Assembly: GCF_963676685.1 (NCBI RefSeq)
Contig: NC_092352.1
Coordinates: 43,152,001 to 43,216,000, forward strand
Origin: Mytilus edulis
Lineage: Eukaryota
Reading direction: 5' to 3'
DNA: 64,000 nt
The position numbers and the translations under genes are program-made. Below are positions 49,672-62,400 of this stretch, in pieces. The notes under the pieces were generated by a model. That model was not told the DNA's origin. It searched no databases and was given only the letters and a program-made list of their open reading frames with translations. How positions within the stretch are numbered: the stretch's first letter is position 1; every line of letters begins with the position of its first letter.

Positions 49672-51800
49672 GATTATTATTGTTATTATTACTCATTATC
49701 AAGGTCATCTTGACTTCACATGGTGAAAGAACGTCGCTACTCATTATCAAGGTCAGACTGACTTCACATGGTGATAGAATGTCTCTACTCATTATCAAGG
49801 TCAGAGTGACTTCACATGGTGATAGAACGTCGCTACTCATTATAAAGCTCAGATTGTCTTTCATGGTGATAGAATGTCACTACTTATTAACAAGGTCAGA
49901 TTGACTATACATGGTGATAGAACGTCGCTACTCATTATAAAGCTCAGATTGTCTTTCATGGTGATAGAATGCCACTACTTATTAACAAGGTCAGATTGAC
50001 TATACATGGTGATAGAACGTCGCTACTCATTATAAAGCTCAGCTTGTCTTTCATGGTGATAGAATGTCACTACTTATTATCAAGGTCAGATTGACTATAC
50101 ATGGTGATAGAACGTCGCTACTCATTATAAAGCTCAGATTGTCTTTCATGGTGATAGAATGTCACTACTTATTATCAAGGTCAGATTGACTATACATGGT
50201 GATAGAACGTCGCTACTCATTATAAAGCTCAGATTGTCTTTCATGGTGATAGAATGTCACTACTTATTATCAAGGTCAGATTGACTTCACATGGTGATAG
50301 AATGTCACTACTTATTATCAAGGTCAGATTGGCTATACATGGTGATAGAACGTCGCTACTCATTATGAAGCTCAGATTGTATTTCATGGTGATAGATTGT
50401 CACTACTTATTATCAAGGTCAGATTGACTATACATGGTGATAGAATGTCGCTACTCATTGCAAGGTCAGATTGACTTCAAATGGTGATAGAATGTCTCTA
50501 CTCATTATCATGGTCAGATTGACTTCAAATGGTGATAGAATGTCGCTACTCATTATCAAGGTCAGATTGGCTTCACATGGTGATAGAATGATGCTACTAA
50601 TTATCAAGGTCAGATTGGCTTTCATGGTGATAGAACGTTGCTACTCATTATGAAGCTCAGATTATATTTCATGGTGATAGATTGTCACTACTAACTATCA
50701 AGGTCACATTGACTTCACATGGTGATAGAATGTCGATACTCATTGCAAGGTCAGATAGACTTCAAATGGTGATAGAATGTCGCTACTCATTATCAAGGTC
50801 AGATTGGCTTCACATGGTGATAGAATGTCCCTACTAATTATCAAGGTCAGATTGGCTTTCATGGTGATAGACTGATGCTACTTATTATCAAGGTCAGATT
50901 GACTATACATGTTGATAGAACGTTGCTTCTCCTTATCAATATCAGATTGACGTCACATGGTGATAGAATGTCGCTACTTATTGCAAGGTCAGATTGATTT
51001 CAAATGGTGATAGAATGCCGCTACTCATTATCAAGGTCAGATTGGCTTCCCATGGTAATAGAATGTCGCTACTAATTATCAAGGTCAGATTGGATTTCAT
51101 GGTGATAGACTGATGCTACTTATTATCAAGGTCAGATTGACTATACATGGTGATAGAACATTGCTTCTCCTTATCAAGGTCAGAGTGACTTCACATGGTG
51201 ATAGAATGTCGCTATTTATTATCAAGGTCAGACTGGCTTTACATGGTGATAGAATATCGCTACTCATTGCAAGTACAGATTGACTTCAAATAGTGATAGA
51301 ATGTCGCTACTCATTATCAAGGTCAGATTGGCTTGACATGGTGATAGAATATCGCTACTTATTATCAAGGTTAGATTGACTTCAAATGGTGATAGTATGT
51401 CGCCTTCTTATTATCAAGGTCAGATTGGCTTTCATGGTGATACACTTATGCTACTAATTATCAAGGTCAGATTGGCTTCCATGGTGATAGACTGTTGCTA
51501 CTTATTATGAAGCTCAGATTGGCTTTCATGGTGATAGATTGTTGCTACTTATTATCAAGGTCAGATTGGCTTTCATGGTGATAGAATGTCGCTACTAGTT
51601 ATCAAGGTCAGATTGGCTTTCATGGTAATAGACTGATGCTACTTATTATCAAGGTCAGTTTGACTATACATGGTGACAGAATGTTGCTTCTCATTATCAA
51701 GGTCAGAGTGACTTCACATGGTGAACGAACGTCATTTCTCATTATTTAAATCAGATTTACCTCAAATCGTGATAGAATGTCGCTACTCATTATTTAGTAT
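49400..51800. repeat. 47/48-bp tandem repeat array (~45 units)
   Basis: Consensus ctcattatcaaggtcagattgacttcacatggtgatagaatgtcgcta, with alternating 47+48-bp variants at ~49840-50280. Confidence 0.95.
49575..49690 (+). mobile_element. Probable 5'-truncated LINE 3' end with (ATT)n tail inserted into the 48-bp array
   Basis: gagggcctcaa...ttgagttaccctct-ttaaataaag-(att)n: self-complementary gaggg/ccctc, AATAAA and a microsatellite tail. It interrupts a satellite unit. Confidence 0.55.
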
Positions 51801-53563
51801 AGATTAACTTCATGGCAATGCTAAGTAGCTACACGTTTTAGAGGTCAGATTGAATCCACATTGTGATGGAACGTTGCTGCTCGTTATAAAGATCAACTTA
51901 CGAAAAGAGAGACTTCAGCCTATCTTTGAGAGCAAGTTCCATAGAGTTGTAAATATGGTTATCACGATCTTTTATCAAATAATGATGGTGTGTTGGATAT
52001 ATAAATACGCAGATATGTCCCTTCATAATTTTGGCGTTTTATTCTGTGTATCGTGAAGGGTGGGTGTTCCGCGCAAACTGCACGCTAAACATTCTTTGTA
52101 ACTACTTTTGGAGGGTATGTAGGGGACCTAGCTGTTTCAAGACAAAAATGTTTGATCCTTATTTTACACATTCTCATTTTACATGAGACAGTCAGAATTT
52201 TCCAAGTCTCCTCCGACATATTTTGCATAGCCTTTATGGTTAATTTGTTCTCATGTTAAAAATGCCTGAAGTATTAGCCAAAGAACACTGGAGAAACAAC
52301 AAATATAACATCAATTAGTGGATATAAATTTTGGAAGTCAGGAGTCTGTAATTTAGTGGTTGTCGTTTGCTGCTGTATATCATATTTGTTTCAGTTTTTG
52401 TTCATCATTTTCTACCGAAATCAGACCGTTAGTTTTCTCGTTTGAATTGTTTTATATTTATCATTTCGAAGCCTGTTATAGCTGACTATGCGGTATGTGT
52501 TTTATTCATTGTTGAAGGCCGTACGGTGACCTTTAATTGTTAATTTTTATGTCATTTGGTCTCTTGTGGAGTGACGTCTCAAAGGCAATCATACCACGTC
52601 TTCTTATTTTTATATTTCAATCGATATCAAAGGACAGAATGTCATACTTTGGGGTTTGAACACAAGATGCTGTCTCGCAAGGTTTTGGTTCATGAATCTT
52701 CAATTACTAGCATTCCTTGTGCAAGTCGTGTTATTTTAGATATGTATTGTATAACATCAGAAAAAGGAATTAATTACTACTCAAGAACAAATCACAAGGA
52801 CCTTTTAGGTCTTAACATTCTTAAAATTCAATCGATCTGTGAATCAAGATGAGAAATTGTATATTATGCATATTTTTACAGCTTGTATTTAGTATTTGGT
52901 TAATTTTATAAAGTGTTTTTCTTTAATAGAAATAAGTTAAAAAAAAATTAGAATGATAACATTTTTGCATGTGTTAACGACATTTTGCTCTAAGACTTCG
53001 ACGATATATATTTATTTACTAGTAGCAGGTGTGTATTCTTTTCGAAGAATATTATAAAAAAAACAATGGTAACGTTCTCAGCTAATTATCTTTTTAACGC
53101 ACTGTTAGTAAGATATAGTAACATATACTTTAAGAGTACTAATATCAACATGTTTAATGTTTATATTTTTAAGGAATGCATATTTACAGAGACATATAAT
53201 ATTGTATTATATGTCTCTGATATTTATATATTAAAATTTTTGGAATACTTCATATTTGTTTATCCAGTTGCCGATGTCACTTTATACAATAATAAACACT
53301 TTTGACCTGACAAGATACATCTTTTAGGTTCCTATTATAAAACGCAACCAATATAACGTCACTTGTTTTTTTGGGGTAGATGTACACCTGCATGCTTTTT
53401 ATTGTATAGTTATATGTTTACATGTATTATGTAACCATGGTCTGCAATACATGCAAGGTTATTTGTTTTTAATGTTTATTACTATAAATAGAAGTCCCGT
53501 GAAAACATAAACAAACATCCATACTATAAAATAAGAACGAGTAGGCACTATTCTATGTTGGAA

Positions 53564-53571
53564 TGACGTCA
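53564..53571. promoter_or_regulatory. Perfect CRE palindrome TGACGTCA upstream of the gene D TATA-like box
   Basis: aaTGACGTCAtt at 53562-53573; atatata at ~53603-53609; ATG at 53700. Confidence 0.5.
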
Positions 53572-53699
53572 TTGCATGCAGCGTGGGAGAACGAAAATTG
53601 ACATATATACAAAGTTCCTGCAATACACAAACTTAGAAAATAAAAGGACTAGAACACTTAGTTAGTTAGGAAAAGAACTTCTACGTGAAACTTACTATA

Positions 53700-56090
53700 A
53701 TGTTGGGATATATTTTTGTTCTCGTGATTGAATTACTTACAGTATGCAACGGAAGAATTTGGTCCGGAAGACCTTTGTATGTTATTGAACGCTTTGCTCT
53801 ACCAGATATCACTAAAAGTGCCCAGTTTCCTCTGAAAGGAGCTGGAGCAGGTGTTCCATTTAAAATCACACCACTTGTGTCATTATTAAACACAAAACCA
53901 TCGGAAAGTGCAGCACTTTTGGTTAAATCTGAGGATCCAAAATTAGGGGTTACGGAACCATTACCAAGACTAGTGAAGGCAATACCAACAGAACATAAAG
54001 TGAAGATCAAGTCACTTCACAAGCCTTGTCATAAAACGTAAGTTGTCTATAAGTTAAAATACAAAAAAGTCTTTGGAAACAAATATTTATCCTGTAAATA
54101 TAAGCCCTGCTTCAGATGGAATTCATGCATAAAAATATCTGAACTTCGTTTTATAATAAGAGGAAAACATACAATACGAAGATACAATTAGAAATCAGAA
54201 ATCGACGAAGGGCATAAACTTAGGTATAGAAGCAATTTACATGCGAGCTTATATGTACTAAACAGTTGCGTTTCATTCTCTATATTAAGCATTTTGTTTA
54301 ACATGTTTTGTATTGTATGGTTTTTTTTATTCAACATGAACATCATCGATAATTTATGTATATCAACTTGCTTTAGTAAGTATAGCACAACATAAACTTA
54401 CAAGTATAGTAACAGTTTTGTAATTTGTTCGTTTTCTCGACATATTAATATGAGCTTTGTAGCAACGAAGGGATATGCTTATTCCCATACTAGTTAACAA
54501 GAATCTGATTTTTGATAACCATTGTATGTTTTCTTCACCAGGGGTTGTTCGAAAGGTTCACAGTGTGTTTACGAAAGAGTGTGGATGTGCCCTACTTATA
54601 TCCCAGATCTTAACTGTTATTGTCGACCAGGTAATAATTTATATTACAATAGGTATTGAAAAAATCAGTCTTTTTTACTTTTTTCTGCGTCTGTTTATCG
54701 TACTGTTTTTTTTTATGTGTTATTCGATTTTATAAATTTTTATTTTTTTATTTTTCATTTTTTCAATTTATTGTCATGACCATGGTCTTTTACGATAGAT
54801 GACAGGCATTTTTCGGCTTAATATCAAATTAAGACGAAAACAGAAGACAACATATCTACCAGACTCGCACAAAACATCATAATATAAAATACTAATCTAA
54901 TTCATCTCTGATGTTTTTAATTCATTGACGTTTTTTTTACTCTTTATAGGTTGTGCCGTTGGTAACACCTTTATACCAATGGGAAAGGCACTGACCATAG
55001 ACGATTGTGGAAACAGGTGTGCTTGTCAAGATCAAAGTGGCGAGGTACTATCTTAGAATGTGCTTTGTCTTGTCTGCATGTTGTGTGTTTTAGTGTTGTG
55101 TTTATGTTATTTTATATTCGATAAAAAGCTCTTAAGAGCTTATGTTTGTATTGTTATTTGTGAACCGAATCAAAATAAAACTTTCGTATTCGTATATTCG
55201 TTGTAAGGAATTATCAAAGATCCATCAATTTCAATTAACTAATATGCATTAAAATGTATATGTATAGACATTAAACAATACTATATGTAAATGATGATAA
55301 TTAACAGGAGCTGTTTAGTTTCTTGTCTTGCAGATCTTCTTATTTTGTAAAACAAATCTGATTTACCGTAGTTGCAAAGGAAAATATATAATTTCGGAGT
55401 TCTGTCTTCTAAATGAAGAAATTATGTAAAAAAGTTAAGAAGACTAGCAAAATTGTTATATGCAACGAAATGATGATAAATGCACTCAAACAGTGTTGGA
55501 ATCATAACAATCCGTTTCCATATTATATTCAATAGCTAGCTGCAAAACCAACCAGGTTTTAGACATACGTTTCTTTGGGAAAAGTGTTTTACTAAGTTAG
55601 GAATATGACCGTCGTTTTCAGCCGTTCCGTTATTAGAGCGTTTTATTTTGTCAGTTTTTATGGAGTTTGGTGTTTTGTTATTACATTCCTACCAATCATT
55701 ATTATAAGTATGTGTTTGTAATAAAAAAACATTGTTGTCAAATTGCTTTATTTTTTTAATTTATTTAAAAAATTATATACACTGAATTAATAAGAATATT
55801 TCTTTCTTTTTTAGGCTGTATGTACTAAACTTGAATGCGTGAAAATGTCTGACAAAAAAGAGGCAAAAATGGATTCCCTTCTCAAATATTTGAAAAAGTT
55901 AGTGAAAATAAATCTGAAGAACGAAGAAAAATCTACAACTCCGAAACCACTAAAGACAAGTGCCAGTGGAAATGCTCTACAACGTAAATCAACATCCAAT
56001 ATAATAAACATGTCAAGACGAATCGATCTCAATACAGAAACAAGATTTCCGTACAGCCCTCATAGACCATTTTATGTACGAACATTATGA
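53700..56090 (+). CDS. Gene D: secreted basic protein with 12-Cys module, ~265 aa
   Basis: Exons 53700-54037, 54542-54630, 54950-55044 and 55815-56090; GT-AG, phases 2/1/0. Signal peptide MLGYIFVLVIELLTVCNG, then PCHKTGCSKGSQCVYERVWMCPTYIPDLNCYCRPGCAVGNTFIPMGKALTIDDCGNRCACQDQSGEAVCTKLEC and a Lys-rich tail. Confidence 0.9.
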
Positions 56091-58559
56091 AATGACATTT
56101 TTATGTAATTCTGCACATTCTTGAAATATTATATTGATAGGCATATATGTTGTTATAGTCCCAAATAAGTTTGCATTAATAATTATAGTGCTGCATGTAT
56201 AATTTATCACAGATCAAGATCGTGTATCTGTTCCTGTGTCGTGGAAAGAAATTAATTTATTCAGATAATTGTTTTGCATTTATTTTTAATTTTGTCAATA
56301 AATTTTAAAATAAGTAAAATTAGTTTACTCCATATTTCAATTGCTTATATAATAAAGAAGATGCGGTAGCAGTGCCAATGAGACATCTCTCCAACTAAGT
56401 CACAATATATAAAAGGTTAACAGCCTTCAACCGAACAACAAGCTTAAGCTATACATGGGCCCCAAAATGACAAGTGTAAAACAATTCAAACATGAAAATG
56501 ATCAATTTAAAATAAAACATCTTTCATGAAAAATAAACCAGGTGTAAACAGCATACGCATTGTAAAAATTTAACGGAGAGTTACAAAAACCATAATGCAC
56601 AAACAAATCCTATTAATCTTTTGTTTCCAAACTCTAATGAATTATCATATGTCAATAAGAAGATGTGGTTTAATTGCAAATGAGACAGCTCTCCAACAAA
56701 GTCACTATGTATAAAATTTAACAATATTATACTAGTAGGTCAAAGAACGGTCACTAACACAGAGCCTTGGCTCACAACGAACAGCAAGCTATAAAGGGCA
56801 TCAAAATGACTATTGTAAAAAAAAATGGAACAGGAAAACAAACGGACTATTCTATATAAAAAACGATAAGCACTTATGAACTACAACTAAAACGAAAATC
56901 ACTGAACAACAGCCTCCTGACTTAGGACAGGTGCATAAAAATACACCGGGGTTTAAAAGTTTAAACGTTATAGTACCAAATTATAACTTATCACTTAAAA
57001 ATATTTGACATGCATACCATCCTTCCAAAATTATAGATGCGCCTGCGTCAAATTGTACCAGATGTCAGATGTAGTATCAAAAGTATAGAGTATATTCAGA
57101 AAAATCTTCAAGGTGTTTTGCAAATATCGAAAAAAAAATAACCCTACCGAAGATACCCTTTGTCTCTTTTTCAGTTGGCAGTATCTCTTTTTCAGTTGGC
57201 AGTAAAATGAAAAAAAGATTACTTAATGAGGCATGATTTATTTGTATGCCTAATTTGTAAAAATATTGTTACGGACATTTTTCCCCAAACTTTTGGCCTC
57301 GATCGTTCCTAAGGAAGATAAATCCAGAGAAGAGCTTTGAACGCATACAATTTATATGGTGTTATATAAAGTGCATACTTTCGTTATGCTTGATTAGTTT
57401 TATTCAGTTTGTCACCCACTTTTATAATCAATCTATGATTATCAAATTTTTACACTAAAACGCTTCGGTTTTCTAACATTTTTTGACATCTCTTACACCT
57501 ATTAATTTTTTTTCTAGAATGTTTATCATTATAAAATAAGGAGATATCCGAGAGCAGAGACAAATCGACGTAGCTGTCAGCAACTATAGCCCACCACACG
57601 ACATTCATAAATGAGCAAACCCATACCACATGCCAAGCTATAAATGCTAGCCCTTACATAATAAAATGTAAAACAATTCAAACGAAAAAACAAATTTGTT
57701 CATTTCTAGACGACATGACATGAAGAATGCAAGAAATGTTACATGCTATGCAACCTATAACTTTGAGTAATCATGTCAATCATACCTCTTTAATTTATCA
57801 TTTACAAGTTCTTTGCTTGAGGGAACATGTATGTAACAAAAATATTTATCTTGATACTGTGATCAATATAATTTGTTTATATTTAGTATGACAAAGTCTG
57901 TTTTTTCCTAACGATGATGTCAATGAAAAAGCATCGAAATATTGCATAGTAATTGTAATTTAAAATTTAAAAGTTCGTTGTTTTAAATTCGTTTAATAAA
58001 TTAGATTAAGTGAAAGAATACAGTTCATTGGTTGTACCAGAAAAATGAATTATCTATCGGGAAATAATAACGTAATAAATTATATCATTTATTGGATTGA
58101 ACGCGAAAATCCGGGTCCTGAATCATCACCTCGTTTGTCTTGCTGACAGAAGTACCTACATGACATTTTTATAACTATGACTATGTGATTTTGATTATTT
58201 ATCCTAACGTATTTTCGATAACATCTTCTAGTATCTATGATTTTAGTCACAACTGTACTCAGATAAACAGTTCAGGCACAGTCACACTTATTAATTAATT
58301 AGAGTGTTACGACAGGGTTGTCCTCTTTGAACCCAACTATAGATGTTGACTTTTTTACACTTCAGCGACCGCAAAGAAGGTGATATGACAGAAGCAGAAA
58401 CCCCTTAAACATTCAAATTTTTAGTGATGTGATGTTCTTAACTCACCAGTTTTCATGCAGATTTGTTTTATAGCCGGTGAGGACCTTTTTGTTAGTAAAA
58501 AAATTACTTTCGAAGATATACCTCATAAATAAACTCGACAAAGTGATGTCCCCGCAGTC

Positions 58560-59460
58560 CACTCTGAATAAACTTTATTAGTTATAACAAAGTTAATGTA
58601 GGACTTTCTTTGAGATATGTATGTGTCAGGGAGAATCAAAGTGTTATTTCAAAATACCGTGACAAAGTTGAGCATGGGAGCACATAAGTATATGGCTCTC
58701 TGTAAGAGAAGTCAACCGAAAACGCTATATTTGCACCTCATTGGCAAATACATACACCAAAAATGACAAAGTTCAAATATCTCCCCAAAAAGCAGATATC
58801 AATAAAAATCAAAACCCTGACCAATTGAACACCTTCAATATATACATGAACAAACAGCATGCAAAGGAAAAACTTCCTAGCATTAATTCAAACAGTAGGA
58901 GTAGTTATTCGGTAACACTATGCACCTCTTCTGCAAGTTTATACGCCACAAATGACAAAGTTTAACTATCTCAAAAATAAAAAGATAAAAAACCTGACCG
59001 CATGCACGACTTCAATATATGTACCAACAGCCAGCAAAGTGGAAACTTCCAAGCATTCAAACAGCAGGAGGAGTTATCCGGATACCTCTTTTCAAGTATA
59101 TAATCCGTAAAATTACAAAGTTAACTATATCCCAAAAGAGCTAATATCAATAAAAATTAAGATTTCAAAAAATGGGCGACAGATATCAGTGGGACACTGA
59201 GTCAAGTTCATAAATCGAAAATAAACTAGCAACGCCATGGCTAAAAAAAGATAAAAGACAAACAGACAAAAGTACACAAAACACAACATAGAAAACTAAA
59301 GACTATATAAGCAACACGAATCCCACCAAAAAACCTGGGGGTGATCTCAGGTGCTATCAATTCAAACTGTATGAGAAGTCATCTGAAAAAAATAAATACC
59401 CATAATGGGAAGGATGAACGAAAGGACGGACAGACGGACGGACAGGGGTTAACAATATGA
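58560..59460 (+). mobile_element. Composite dispersed element with internal ~190-bp duplication and (GACG/GACA)n tail (Helentron/pearl-like)
   Basis: Repeated aaatgacaaagtt...aaaacctgacc...caaacag.agga.tagttat blocks; ggacggacagacggacggac at ~59424-59443; nested Penelope-type 3' fragment. Confidence 0.4.
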
Positions 59461-62400
59461 TTAAGTTTTAATGATTATTCTATTGAAACTTGAATACACA
59501 TTGTTTAACTAAGAGTTCATAATCCATCAAACAGGTTTAGATCTATACAATGTACTTTTATTCTTGCGTGTATAAAACAACATTATTGTTTCATAGAATT
59601 ACAAATTGTCATACATGCCTATTTACCACAACAATATTATCAAACCACACAATGTTTGAGGAAAACTGGGTAACAAATTGATGTACTATGCGGTGGTCAA
59701 AGTTGTGACAGGACAATAAATGCATAACTTATAATCGGAGTTCATTATAATCAATCTGACCACACGATATGAACTCTTCCGTATTAAAGATCACATAAAC
59801 TAGAAAACATATGTACTTCCTAGAATAATCCATATAGAGTATATTGATCCATAAAACCAGGGTAATAAATGAGGTGCACGGTGTGATTTATGAGATTTGG
59901 TTTTATAGTGGTAGGACCATGTTATAATTTTTTTATCAATGAAGTAACAATATGCAATCGCCATTGCAAGCGCTCATACGAAGTTCAGTTATCCTGGCTT
60001 TTCAAATGTTGTGCCATTTTATTTTTTATTTCTTCGTTCAATATCGTTGTTATCATACTGTGCAGATATTTTTTATCGCGTTAAACTTTTATGACATACG
60101 ATCTAGACTAGAAAATGGGATAGCATTTGGTGGTTTAAAAACCGTTTAAACCCACCACATGATACATGTGCTTGAACCACGACCAAACTAGCTTTCCCAT
60201 GCACACGTGGTCCGTTGTTATTCGTTTAAAATTGTCTATACGTCAGGTTTTTTTTCAAGAGAAGTAGGGTTTTGGTACTATTCCAATTTTTTTGTAGTAA
60301 TTCCTGTTTTTTTTTAAATACGATGTTTATACATGTGTGTACAAAACATACAACAACATCTTTACAAGCACCTGCAGTAGATTAATTTTTTCAAGGTACT
60401 GGCTATATGACTATCGATGTTGATTCAGTTTTGTATACTTTTGAAGACATATTTTTTTAACATTTTAACAAAGCCACAAATAGTTATAATATTATTAAAA
60501 CACTTTGAGTGTCTTTGATCTTCAGAACTAAGGTCGTCCTCTGGTTTTTTAACATTCAAGCAAACTTTTTCTTTCAATGCGCACATTAAATTCATCTTCA
60601 GTGCTGTTTTAATGAAAACATGATCAAGTTATATTGCTTTATATCTCATCTATTATCTGTAAGGTATATTGTTACGTATTCACTAAATGTCATAAACATT
60701 GCATAAAATATATCTGACACTGGAGGGAGCACCAATCTTACATTGAAAAGTTGAAACAAAAGAGGTATGGCTAGTTTTCCATGTAGTTGATCGGAGACTT
60801 TCTGCAATTTGAATAATATAAAGGAATGAAATGTAAACATTAGCCATTTCACATTGAATTTCAATATACACAGCATTTTCGTTACCAAAGTATATCTTTT
60901 GTTTTCCTACACATTAAACTAGAGGCTACTTTAGTGTATGTGTCGCTAACCTAGGTCAATGTGCATCTTCAACATTGTGTAATATGATAGAATAGAATGC
61001 ATGGCAATAGCTCTTTTTTCTTCATCTTGTATTGCTGCTATTTTTATTTCATTTACTGTTTCTCTCCTTTCTTCTTTATTTGTTTGCCCACTGTGGCACA
61101 ACACAAAAAAAGGATAAAAACGTCATTTAAGGGCAATTACTCTGATAAAGTGACTACTTACTAATAATTTCGGCAAAACATAACTTAATTGTATATCTTG
61201 TCCGTTGCTGACGATCTTCGCTGTTCAAAGTGTTTATTATTCAGTTTTCAAGATTGGCAAAAATGCCCAAACACAATGGTATATGTCGTCATTTAGGAGC
61301 AAGAACTCCAAAGAGGACAATTTCAGCCTTGTTTGGTTTATTTGAAGGTCTGATCTTGTTGATTATTTTGCTATTCAAAGTTTCTCTCTATTTTTTTTCA
61401 AGATAATAAACAAAATCACTAAACAATGGGTTACAAGAAAGCACACGCAGAAATGTCTCGCCTGTTTTACTTTATTGAAATTTAAGTTGACGGTCTGTAA
61501 TATGATGGTTTTACTTCCAGCATTACATAAAATTAACATAAACAATGTCCTATGAAAATGAAGTCACATTCTGATGAACTATGCCAGACAGCCATGTACA
61601 CCTTAGAATCATTCCATACTCCAAGTATAGCGGTCCTATTACTAATAGTACCTAAGAAACAGTTCAAACAACTAAATCTACAAAACGGACTAATTAAACA
61701 TGAAACTGAGGTAAAGTTTATTTGAAACCTGCCAGACAGACATGTTCACCTCATAATCATTCCAGACACCAAATATACTAGTAGTTGACCTATTGCTTAT
61801 GGTATATGATAAATTGACAAAAATACGAAAACGAAACCATGAAAAGAGGTCAATTTCGTAGACAGGCTAGACAAACACATTACAAGCATTTGAACTCTTG
61901 GAAAGGAAAAGATCTCTTTTGAACTTTGGGTCAGTCAAAGTGACTATGGTAAACTGAAACATTGTGAAAATTCTTATTTCCATATTTTAATTCATAAACC
62001 AGACATTATCAAATTTTGGTAGATAACTACCTTTTGCCACAAATGCCCATTTAAATTTGAACTCTGTTGGATAGTTTGTCTCATTGGAAATCATACCACA
62101 TCCCTTTATTTTATAAACATGGATATACCCATTGTTTTAGGTCAACAGTCACAGCAGAGATTGGCAATTTTTGTGATTTTTGGTTACTAATAATCAAAGC
62201 TACTTTGACATCATTTTCACAAGCCAAGGTTTACAAACCAGTCCCTCCTCCAGGAGATGATGGGACTCGATCGTCACACTTGGCTAGCAAAGATGATTTG
62301 ACATTGCCCTGTGACTAAAAAGTTGTTTTTTTCTGCATATCAAGGAAAGACCATCATTTGATATAAACTTTCAGCAGTTTTCAGTTCAGAGTCTTAACTT

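Noticed and set aside
49400-51800. CRISPR-like array
   Set aside because: Head-to-tail repeats without unique spacers, no cas genes, and a eukaryotic context.
53685-53699. GTG start for gene D
   Set aside because: Eukaryotic gene; the in-frame ATG at 53700 gives a complete signal peptide.
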